From Octopus bimaculoides (taxonomy: Eukaryota), in assembly GCF_001194135.2 (NCBI RefSeq), contig NC_068989.1:63847194-63911193 (forward strand): DNA of 64,000 bases, written 5' to 3'. Position numbers and translations under genes: made by a program. Shown piece after piece: positions 27,721-39,023 of the stretch (position 1 is the stretch's first letter; the number at the start of each line of letters is the position of its first letter). The notes below the pieces were generated by a model. The model was given only the letters and a program-made list of their open reading frames with translations. It did no database searches and was not told where the DNA came from.

Positions 27721-29363
27721 TTTTTTCTAAGCCCTGTAAAAGAACTCACATGGTTCGTACTCAGTCAAGCCTTGCGCGATACCCTTAAAGCTAGGAACTT
27801 TTCGACACCCCTTCGTATATAATTTTCTTATTTTTGTCCTTACGCTAATTGTGTATTTAGCAAAATGAAAGTTCAAATGATCACAGTTCTAATCGTTTCA
27901 TGTTTGGAATTAAGTAAAGAACGTTGGTAACCCATAGTAATATTTTAAATTCTCACATACAGAACTGACAGATATTTTTTTACCACCCTAATAAGAATTT
28001 GCAAATTTCAATATCGACTTCCAAATCGTAAGGAACATTTTCACCTTTCAATTTGAAAATGTGTTCAACAAGAGAGCTCTTTAGAGTATGTTTAGAAAAT
28101 GGATGATAATGTGTGCAATATCTTTAATTTTACAGGTGGAACTAAAATAGAATTTGGAATTATGGGCTTTAACAATACATTTATAAACTCCATTATTACG
28201 TTTGCAATGGCCATTGAATAGAAAATTTTCTCTTTCCCAACAATTACATTCATTTTCATAGGGATATAACGTGAAATAATTCGAAGAGAGAAGTACAATA
28301 CCATGAGTATTGATATTCGATGTTTTATTAGTAATATTTTTTTCTTCCCCATTACAGTATAATCAACACGATAATCATTTATGCTGAACGCATCATTTTG
28401 ATAATTTTAGCACAATTGTCAATATTGTTAACATTATCATTATTAAGGGCAGCGAGCTGGTAGAATCGTTACCGTAAAAGGCAAAATGCTTAACGGCATT
28501 TCGTCCATCTTTGTTCTGGGTTTAAAGGCTACCGAGGTTGACTTTACCTTTCAATCTTTCAGAGTCGATAAAACAAGTAGCATCTGAGCACTAGGGCTTA
28601 TGTAATCGATTTACCTTCTCCTCTGAAATTGTTGGCCTTCTGCCAAAATTTGATACCAATATTATCATTATTACTGAATACATCTTCATCTCTGTCGTTT
28701 ATTTTACTGGGCGAAAATACACACCAACTCATTTTATCTTCCAGAAGCAGTTTAATTACCTGTATTATCTGCACCACTCGACTGTATTATAACGAATCAT
28801 ATTTAGTTCCTAAAGAGTAGAAGGCCTAGAATTCATATAGAGTTCTGCATAAAGGAATAGTGCAAGATTTCACTAAATACATATTTACCTTGTGTATGTG
28901 TGCGTTGTGCAAGTGTGCTTGCATATTAGCATGCGAGTGTGTGTTAGTGTATGTGTGCTTATATTCGTGATCAACACTCCTGCTGTCATATTTGAACTGT
29001 TTTTCTGACCAAATGCAATTCTTACGTATCGTGAGAACGTTACGGATAGCCCTAATATTCTTTTAGTTATTGGAATATTACAAGAAAACAGTTCCATATA
29101 GCAACTACTAAAAGTGTTTCTCTCCTCTGCGCACCCTAATATGTAGCATTAGCATTTTGGAAGGTGTCCACAGGACTTCAGACAAGTTTTTGTAAGTATA
29201 CGTGTGAATGGATATACATAATTACATCAAGGATACCAAACCCTCTTAAAGAGATGTTACCATCAAAGTTCCCCGGTTATATACAATGCTTCGGTGAAGA
29301 CTCAAAGATATCAGTTTCATATAGAGGGATTTGCGTGTATAAATACTCTTGTGAGAAAAAAAC

Positions 29364-30666
29364 AAAATAGAGATATTAATATACAAACATAAATTTATTT
29401 GAACAAATTCCATTCAGTATAACATTAAATTCTTTACACCTACAGCTGTTTTCATACCCAATTAATTCAATTTTAGGAATTCAATTGAATTAGAATACGA
29501 TAAACGTAAACAAACAGACGAAGATTGCTTTTAGAACCGTTGAGATGTCTTAGAAAATTAAAGAAGTCATTTTTAAATTCTCAAACGCAGGATAATGCTA
29601 ATAATGTAGCCTGAACAGGATAAGCTACCCCTATTTTGCAGAAAAAAGTGTTGGCGGCCTAAATGTTCATATCTAATATCGTAAATTCGGTATTTGGTCA
29701 GGGGAAAGAATGTGTTAGAAAGGATCTACATTCCAATGTATTGGCTGGCCTTTGATAGGCTCAGATATATGTTTTAGCAACAGGTGTATTTTAAAAACCG
29801 TTATTATTCTTATATATTTGTGCGCGTCTGTGTGTTAAAGTGATGAAAGCTCGAAATGATGACAAATCAAAACTGAATACTAATCACCATAGTTGAATAT
29901 TACGTCATCGATATTAGTGCACAACAATGAGAAAAGAAATGAACGATCTAATTGAGGAAAACATAAATACTAACAATATTAATATATATCTTAATAAATA
30001 TCGTATTAATATTAAAGTATAAATTAAATGTTTAATATGAATATAAGGATTTATGTACAAGTAACAGTAGTATATACTATGTATAGTTTACCTAAACTTT
30101 AATTTAGGCGCGAACGTCGATAATGGGATTAATAGCTTATGAATGGTTAATTAAGTCGGAGATACAATGTATTAATTTAATATTGGCTTCATTATTTTAT
30201 CAATTTATTAATTTGATTTGTTAATATTTATGATTTCCTCGATTAGATCGTTCATCTATTTTTCTCACTATTGTGTACTAATATCGATGACGTAATATTC
30301 AACTATGGTCATTAGTAAGCAGTTTTCATTCGTCATCATTTTGAGCTTTCAACACTTTAACGAACACAAGTACATAAGAATAATAGCAGTTGTTTTAAAT
30401 AAACTTGTTGCTAAAACATACATATCTGAGTCTATTAAAGGTCAATCAACACGTTCGAATGTAGTTCCTTTCTAACAAATTCTCTCCCTCTGATGCAATA
30501 CCCAATTTAGATATTCGATATGAAAATTTAAATTATCTTAATTTAATTTCATTCCTAAAATTGAATTAATTGGGTATTAAAACAGCTGTAGGTGTAAAAA
30601 TTTGATGTTATACTGAATGGAATTTGTTCAAATAAATTCATGGTTGTATTTTAATTTCTCTATTTT
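29364..30666. mobile_element. Fold-back element 2: ~450-bp inverted arms (left arm has a ~180-bp insertion), ~240-nt spacer, decayed hammerheads at the outer ends
   Basis: 29364-29480 vs 30551-30666 and 29665-29976 vs 30218-30525 are reverse complements, e.g. tattacgtcatcgatattagtgcacaa / ttgtgtactaatatcgatgacgtaata. Confidence 0.85.
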
Positions 30667-31256
30667 CTATTTTTAGATATCTGTGTGTGCGCGTGTATAT
30701 GTATATATATGTATGTGTGTGTGTCTGAGCATTTCTGTCTTTGTAAGTGTGTTTCTGTCTGTCTGTCTGTATGTCTGTCTGTCTGAGTTTGTATTAAATA
30801 CAAATATAACTGAGCTACGAGAAATGCCTCAGTTGTCAGTGACATCTATACGAACAATACAGTTATATCAAATGCTATATAACTTAGATTCCTCATTTTT
30901 ACAACTCCACCTCTAGATGTATCAAATTTTCGAAATTGCAATGCTCCAAATAAGAAGGGCGGGTTACTTCATGAATCAAGAATACTCCAAAGTTCATGCG
31001 CCAATGAGGAAAAGGATGCGTTTATTGTCTGAAGATAATAGGCTAGTCGTGAAACATGTTTCTACCTAAATAGGCATCATCAGCTTGAGAATTAGTGGAC
31101 TCTGTCTCCATCAACCTAGAGACATTGGCATATACAAAATGACTAGAATAAATTTTTAACACGAGTGGCCCTGACACGTATATGAACGTATGGTTAAAAG
31201 AGTATATAATGAATATACGTTTGCCATGGGTTTGGTTAAATCCAATACCCTCCTCA

Positions 31257-31314
<58 letters not shown>

Positions 31315-32329
31315 TGTATGTATATGTATGTATGTGTATATATATACCTATACATATGTACATATATATATATACATGCATACATATATATACATACATA
31401 CACACACGTGTGTGTGTATGTATGTATGTATGTATATATGTATGTATGTATGTATGTGTGTGTGTATGTTGGGAGATAAACACAGTTACATTTATATGTC
31501 CCTTCGAGCTAAACGTCGAACACTGTGATGTAGAATCATCAAAAGAATACTTGCGGTTATCTCCAAATTCAATGGACAGCCAACCATGCGCAGGCGCATA
31601 TGCTACACGTTAAACATCTGGAAGATTTTACATATTTTTACAGTTACAGTATACCTTGCAGTTCATTTGTTTTTTGTTTAATAAATTTCATCTTCCCAAA
31701 ATGATCTCGATACACCTTGTTAGACAAACAAGCATTCTAATAACCCTACACATAAATCTAGACTTATAGTTTTGTTGCATTATCAGTTAATTTTTCATTA
31801 GTGCGTGGTAAATATTTATTGTCTCTTTAATCTTTAATGTTTGTGTTATCGTCTGCTGGGCAACTAATTTCTAGTACTGTAAACACTTTTTGTCTCACGG
31901 ATCATTATACATTATGTGTTGGAATTTTTCCGATGTATTTCCAATGTTTTCACTGACTTCAATATCTCTGTACGTTTATATATATTGATATTCCTAATTA
32001 TACTTTCTGACAATTGTTTTAAATAGTGCTATTGGCATATCGGTATACCTTATAAGCAGTTACCATCGTGATGACATTTCCAGAGAACTGCTTATGATGT
32101 GGATCATATCTTCAGTATTAATCCAGAGTACACACAGGCTATTACAATTAGTTTTTGTTTGCTTTTTACATAGATCCATATTTATACTCTACATCACATG
32201 TTGTAGATATTTCCTGTTGCGGGATCGCAAACGTGAGGTTAGTTTATGGGCCGTTTGACCAAAAACGACATTAGTTACCTTGTCTTACCCTTGCTTTCAA
32301 TGCATATCTTCTGAATTTATATTATGAAA

Positions 32330-32700
32330 TTTTTGGGGGTGTCCACCTCTGATCGTCAGCGAGAGAATACATTCCAAGCCGGCGCTTTCCACTTCTCATA
32401 AAACTGTGTGCATGATATACACTGAGTTAAATCATACATGGATCCACATCTGCCAGAGGTGTTCAATAAAGCGATATGGCGGGGAATTCAGAGGCTTTCA
32501 AGAGTAAAATTAGACCTATGATGTCCTGCTTTATTTTCAGTAAAAGTGGTTATTATCACCAGTGATGTAGGATTTCTTGGAGTTACTTACTAGATTCTGA
32601 GTATTTTTCACGTCCATAGTTCATCATGCGTTCAATCGAATAAACCATATGTTGGTATAGTATAACTACAACAGGCATAAATGACCTTCTCATTTACAGT
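32330..32700 (-). mobile_element. Heavily decayed Tc1-like transposase C-terminal remnant
   Basis: The minus strand gives ENKAGHHRS (~QDNAxxH), SPPYRFIEHLW (32485-32453; ~SPDLNPIEHLW) and IRGGHP (~xGGHTxY) in the correct order and spacing. Confidence 0.5.
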
Positions 32701-32879
32701 GTCAAAACAAACTCCGACTATTATATTTAAATCTGACACACCTATGTCTTTCGTGGCGCAACAAGCACGCATATCACATTGAGATGATATGTACGTACAT
32801 AATTATGTTTGTATGCATGTACGTATGTGTATAATAATGGTATATATCTATATTCATGTATCAATCTTTCTGTTTGCAG

Positions 32880-32974
32880 AAGCTATGGCACTTCATCCCG
32901 CTTCGATAACGCTACTAATACGATTAAAGCGTTGCTTAAGGGATATGATATACGACTTAGACCCCAATTTGGAG
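32880..32974 (+). CDS. GABRB: Internal coding exon of a GABA-A receptor beta-like (LCCH3-type) Cys-loop chloride channel subunit, N-terminal extracellular region
   Basis: Acceptor ctttctgtttgcAG (32878-79) and donor G|GTAAGA (32975). Encodes (x)SYGTSSRFDNATNTIKALLKGYDIRLRPQFG(G). LLKGYDIRLRPxFGG is the GABA-A beta/LCCH3 signature. As I recall it, the Lymnaea beta-like subunit reads FANVTNTIDSLLKGYDIRLRPSFGG. The N-x-T glycosylation site is retained. The phase-2 entry and phase-1 exit after RPxFG match vertebrate GABRB exon 2. Orthology assignment is from memory. Confidence 0.9.
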
Positions 32975-35191
32975 GTAAGAAAACTTCTAATTTTATTGCA
33001 TCTAACATTCATATAATATTCAGAAAATGTCTGATGACATGTAATATATGTAAGATATTTTGTATGTAAGATTGTTTGTATACCTATGTTCGTCTGAGTG
33101 CGTGTGTGTTTTTTCTTCTGCTTTTGCTTTGCAATATATATAAATATGAGTGTGTGTTGAGTGTATGTGTGTTTATATTCCTTCCTGAAGATCGCAGCTG
33201 CTTAAAACTGGATCACAAGTCAAACTTTCACTTTCAATAAACTGAACTAATATATATATATATACATTATATATATGTACATTTTTCTGTTCCACATACG
33301 GGTTATATCTCTAAAATTTGTGCTAGCTAGCCACTCTCTTTCTTTGCTCAAAAATCCTAGATTTTCCAGGTCGTCACTCAAATATTTAGTAACAGAACTA
33401 AGTGTACCTACGTTCATTGGTATGAATGTAAATTTATAACCAGGATAAATGAGATGCAGGTTTCGAGGCAGTTGAGCTTGCTCTAGGTAGAAAATTTGAT
33501 GGGAATTTTCCTACAACATTCCTTAGGTTCGCATGTATTCCATACCAGAGATGTTATTTAAATTTACGATTGAATAATATTTTCTGGAGCTGACAATGTA
33601 TATGGTTATAGTAGTCACATCATGATTTAGTGGGAGGTAATAGGTCGATGATCACCCTCTTCTGGTTACATGTGTTATGTCCTTCACAGTAGAGTGGCCT
33701 AATCGACATTTATATCCCAGTAAACTTTCGAAACATCTAATTTTTGCAACATTCTCGAATTATCGGCCAATTTACAGTAAGATAGTTCTCTTTAAAACCA
33801 TATTATAAATCACACCAGGAGTTTTATATAAAGCAACCGTAACAAAGTGAAAGCTTATATAAACAACAGCAAAAATTCCCTTACAAACGCAGTAGAAATA
33901 CTTTCAGAGTGCTAAGCAAAAATGTCTGTATGCATGTGTGTACGAATACATACCTAAGTGTGTATATTATAATGATTACTATTATTACCATTAAAGCGGT
34001 GAGCCGGTAGATTCGTTGGCACGCGGGCAACTGTTTAGCAGTATTTCGTTTGCATTCATGTTTTGAGTTCAAATTCCGCTGTAGTCGACTTTGCCTTTCA
34101 TTCTGCGAGTAATGTTATCGATTTATCCTCTTCCTGATATTGCTGGCTTTATTCCAAAATTTTAAACCAATATTATCAATAAAGCGATAAGGCAGAATCA
34201 TTAGCATGCCATACGAAATGATTAGTTCGATTTCGTCAATTCTTACGTTCTGAGATCAAATTCCGCCGAGGTCAAGTTTTCTTTTCATCTTTTCGGGGTC
34301 GTTATGATAAATGCCAATTGAGCATTGGGGGAGATATAACTAACTATTCCCCTCCCCTAAAATTACAGGTCTTCCCATATTGTGGAAAGGATTATTAGTA
34401 TTTCTTCTGATTTATTACAAACCAACGTGGTCAGTTGTGTCGTTGATCATCTCGGGATCAATAAATTAGAGTACCAGTCAAGTAGTGAAGTTGATACAAA
34501 GGACTTTCCTTTCAATATTGCTGGTGTTCTGCCAAACTAAAAATTTCTACAGATTTCATGAGCTGGTGAGCGTGGTGAAATGTGTGTGTGTGTGTGTGTG
34601 TGTACGTGCGTTAGTGTGTGTGTGTGTGTGCGTGTGTGTGTGTGTGTGTGTGAATACATTTCCATGTTTGTATGTCAGAAAAGACCTTGAAACATCAGTT
34701 CCTAATATTCTAATTAGTTTTTATTTTAATTCGTGCTTTTATTTTGCACTTACATTACTTCGCCTGATGTCGTGATATGCTACATATATATATATATATG
34801 NNNNNNNNNNNNNNNNNNNNNNNNNNNNNNNNNNNNNNNNNNNNNNNNNNNNNNNNNNNNNNNNNNNNNNNNNNNNNNNNNNNNNNNNNNNNNNNNNNNN
34901 NNNNNNATATATATATATATATATAAGGACATGTATGTGTATAACTGTGACATAATTTCTATTCTATATTTGTCTATGGACATATGTATGGCTGTTTCTC
35001 TGACACTCTTCGCTTGTATTTCTCCGTCTCTGTCGAGTCGTGTCTACATTTGTATGCCTTCCATACTTTATCTGTCTGTTTCTCCATGTACTAATGACTA
35101 TTTGTTTTGTGCATGTATGTATGAGCATATATTTATATATACATACATATATATTATGTGCGCGTGTATGTGCGTACATACATGCATACAC

Positions 35192-35224
<33 letters not shown>

Positions 35225-35990
35225 CATATAGTATGTAAAAAGAGTTTACATCTGATGACGTAAAGAAATAGCAATGTACTATTAATGGCCACTTATGTTC
35301 TAGCCTTAGTTGAAATGCAACTCAGGAACGGTAGACTTGAAGTTGCCTGTCGAAGATGGTTAGGAGTGGTTCGTCCTCGAGCGAGAAGAGAATACATTAC
35401 GAACACATAATTAACAAGCAAATCATATGATATCAATTTAGAATATTAATTTATAATTTAGAGCATGTAATTTTTAATTTAAACATAGTGCAGCGTTGTT
35501 ATAATAAATAGGTTACCTGTCTTACAAGTGTTTCTAGAAAAGAGAAGCAAGTGGATCTAATATCACTAAGTATAGATCTAAATGTCAGCTAGTTATTTCG
35601 TCATCGGAGAGAAAGAAATAAGGAATATCGTTAATCCAGGATACTATTGGTTACATATTCATTGAAGGATTAAGGAATTAAAGAATGTATTCGTTTGTAG
35701 ACACATGATCAAAAGAATATGGAGATCCATAATAGTAGATGGTATCAGTTAGTAGAGCCTTTGTTCAAGTATCATAGACAATCCTTGGTAAAAATGGTAG
35801 AAGATACTAGTTCAATTGTTAAAAATAAAATGAGGTAGATATTAGTGGAATGTCTTTAGATAGTATATGACAACAAAAATGAAGAACATACAGAGTAGTG
35901 AATCCATTGGGTGGAGGAGATACATACAAGCTGATAGCAATGAAAGAGTACACAATAATGTAGTTAATGGTATGTCTATATATATATCTA

Positions 35991-36026
<36 letters not shown>

Positions 36027-37686
36027 TATGGTGTACTGTTCTGTGATTGTAAAATCGACAAAAAAGTACGCCTTATGGTTTGAGATAAGTAATATTTAAT
36101 AAACACAATATAAGTTTTTATATGCTACTATTAGTTTTATGCGATGAAAGCATGCCAGNNNNNNNNNNNNNNNNNNNNNNNNNNNNNNNNNNNNNNNNNN
36201 NNNNNNNNNNNNNNNNNNNNNNNNNNNNNNNNNNNNNNNNNNNNNNNNNNNNNNNNNNNNNNNNNNNNNNNNNNNNNNNNNNNNNNNNNNNNNNNNNNNN
36301 NNNNNNNNNNNNNNNNNNNNNNNNNNNNNNNNNNNNNNNNNNNNNNNNNNNNNNNNNNNNNNNNNNNNNNNNNNNNNNNNNNNNNNNNNNNNNNNNNNNN
36401 NNNNNNNNNNNNNNNNNNNNNNNNNNNNNNNNNNNNNNNNNNNNNNNNNNNNNNNNNNNNNNNNNNNNNNNNNNNNNNNNNNNNNNNNNNNNNNNNNNNN
36501 NNNNNNNNNNNNNNNNNNNNNNNNNNNNNNNNNNNNNNNNNNNTATATATATATATATATATGAAAAGGATGTGCTATAATACTATTCATCAGCTACACC
36601 AAAAATCTAACATACCTCCTTCATCAGCTGCCCAGCGGATATCATTATGATTTCGACACCTGCGCAGTACCATTCAACCCGACAGTGTCAACAAAACTAA
36701 AATAAGTCTTGTTTGCGAAAAAAAAGTAGAACTTTCAAACACATTTACCATATGTACAACGGTATCAATAAACAAATTGAATAAGTCAATTACAATCACT
36801 CCTAAATTCGTAACTAAACAGCGACATCTCTATTAAGTCATACAAAATTTATAATCCCTACCGTCTTCCGTAGTGTAATATAAAAGTAAAGGCTTAATAA
36901 CCACATTATTTCAATCAATCAATATCTAGGCAGGATTAAATACTAACTTTAATAAAACTACAACAAAGAGACATATAAACCAATGTACATTGTATGGTTA
37001 TTACTAGTAAATTGCAATAACTAGAATATATGCTAAATTCCGATCAATTTTTAAGTACATATAAATAATAATTCCACCGACCTTCCATAGATACTGCTAT
37101 AATGGAAGTTCAAGCCTTATAGAAATTTTCCAAAACAAAACACGATTGAAATTAATTTAACTAATATTCTTATGAGTGAAATACATTATTTCATCATCCA
37201 AAAGTTAAGAGTAAAATACTGCATACTCATTGATTTATCACCACTACAAGTTATAATATTAAATTACTAGTGACTAATATAAACTTAAATTTCAATAAAT
37301 AAGAAGTAATAAAAGTAATTGTAATTAACTTATTATGTAAACCTTGCTATTTAAAATATATTAAAACCAAAAGTATTAGCTCTTGCATGTTTAATCAGAC
37401 ACGCGGTTCCCTCACCAAGAATTTAAAGGGCCAGCTAAATAATTACATTGTCTCCTTATGCTATATCTGTGGCAGAATGAGTTTAGAAACCATCTAATTA
37501 TTTTGGTTTCTATTATTGAATTAAATTTGTTGAAAATGGTTTGTGCTTTATGTTTGAAATCTATTTGGCCGTCTGTGTCAGACGGGAACGGTTTCTTTCA
37601 AGTTGTTGTAATGTTTTCATTGATCAATTGAATAGAACCGCTTGAAACGGCCGTAATGTATTGACACCTGTACATCATTGTTACTT

Positions 37687-37765
<79 letters not shown>

Positions 37766-37944
37766 TTCAAATAAAGGTTACAAACCTCAATAAGGGATAA
37801 TGTATCCAATGAAAATACTAATTAGTTGCCTATTTGAAAAGTGTTCGATATTACAGCTAATATTCAACTGCAAGGTAACTAGATAAACCGTGGTTTATAC
37901 ATATATTTAAGAGGATAAGAAAATAGAGAGATAATTAATGATTA

Positions 37945-38839
37945 TTAATTAATTAATTATTAAATGAAAAATAAGAAATCATCTCTGACAGTTGCTTCGA
38001 TTCTAGACCTTTATAAATTAATTACCATAAAAAAATTAAAATCGAATCTCATCAGAATTGGCTATACTGCTTGTTGAGTATACGGCTTCAAACCGTTAAC
38101 TCATAAAATTTATATATAAAGAACGTAGTTTAAACTTTACAAAATGGAGGAAGTTAGTATATTTATTGGAGTTATAATAAAAGTACGGATAGAACAATAT
38201 ATTATTCTAGGGTGTTAGATAATAGAAATTGTGAAGTGAGCATAATTGTCATATATTACAATATATTATGCACCAATACTAATGCAATAGATAAGCAGTG
38301 TGTAAACTAATAGAAATTAAAAATTAAAAAATAAGAAATAAGAATAAAGTATAGATTAAATTAGAAATAAGGGGGAATCCATAAAATAGCTTATTCACTA
38401 ATCTTATCAGTTTACTAATATTAATTCACACACTGCTTATCTGTAGCATTAGTATTGGTGCATGATATATTGTAATATAGTGCAAATATACTCATATACC
38501 CACTTTCGGAATTTCCTTTATTTAACATCCAAGAATGATACGTTGCTCTATTCTTACTTGTGTTATAACTCCAATAGATATACAACCTTCCTCCCCTTTG
38601 TAAGGTTTATACTATGTTCTTTATATATAAATTTTATAAGTTAACAGTTTGGAGCGGTATACTCAGCAAGCAGGAATATGAACAGCTGATTGTATATTTA
38701 TAGCCAACTCTGATGAGATTCGACGTTTAAAAGGCTTTAATTATGGTAATTAATTTATGAAAGTCTAGAATCGAAACAGCTGTCAGAGATGATTTCTAAT
38801 TTTTTAAATGATAAATAATTAATAAATAATTATTAATTA
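37945..38839. mobile_element. Fold-back element 3: ~370-420-bp inverted arms, ~105-nt spacer, hammerheads at the outer ends
   Basis: 37945-38312 is the reverse complement of 38419-38839 at roughly 80% identity, e.g. gaaatcatctctgacagttgcttcgattctagac / gtctagaatcgaaacagctgtcagagatgatttc. The right end abuts an N-gap. Confidence 0.85.
38704..38790 (+). ncRNA. Type I hammerhead ribozyme motif with intact catalytic core (PLE-type)
   Basis: CTGATGA (38710-16), stem II gattc/gaatc extended by gac/gtc, GAAAC (38773-77), palindromic stem III acAGCTgt, and GTC triplet (38782-84). Stem I is only 2 bp in the canonical register. Confidence 0.6.
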
Positions 38840-38990
38840 NNNNNNNNNNNNNNNNNNNNNNNNNNNNNNNNNNNNNNNNNNNNNNNNNNNNNNNNNNNNN
38901 NNNNNNNNNNNNNNNNNNNNNNNNNNNNNNNNNNNNNNNNNNNNNNNNNNNNNNNNNNNNNNNNNNNNNNNNNNNNNNNNNNNNNNNNNN

Positions 38991-39023
<33 letters not shown>

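Noticed and set aside
30230-30291. Candidate signal-peptide exon 1 (MISSIRSFIYFSHYCVLISM-T, phase-2 donor ac|GTAATA) that would splice in frame to 32880
   Set aside because: It lies inside the right arm of fold-back 2. The mirror copy in the left arm has the same sequence with a broken frame, so it is repeat-derived, and the donor is weak. Only spliced reads could rescue it as an exaptation.
35228-35262. acat-CTGATGA-cgtaaa-GAAA-tagca-atgt as a minimal hammerhead
   Set aside because: No stem II or stem III pairing and no NUH triplet in register.
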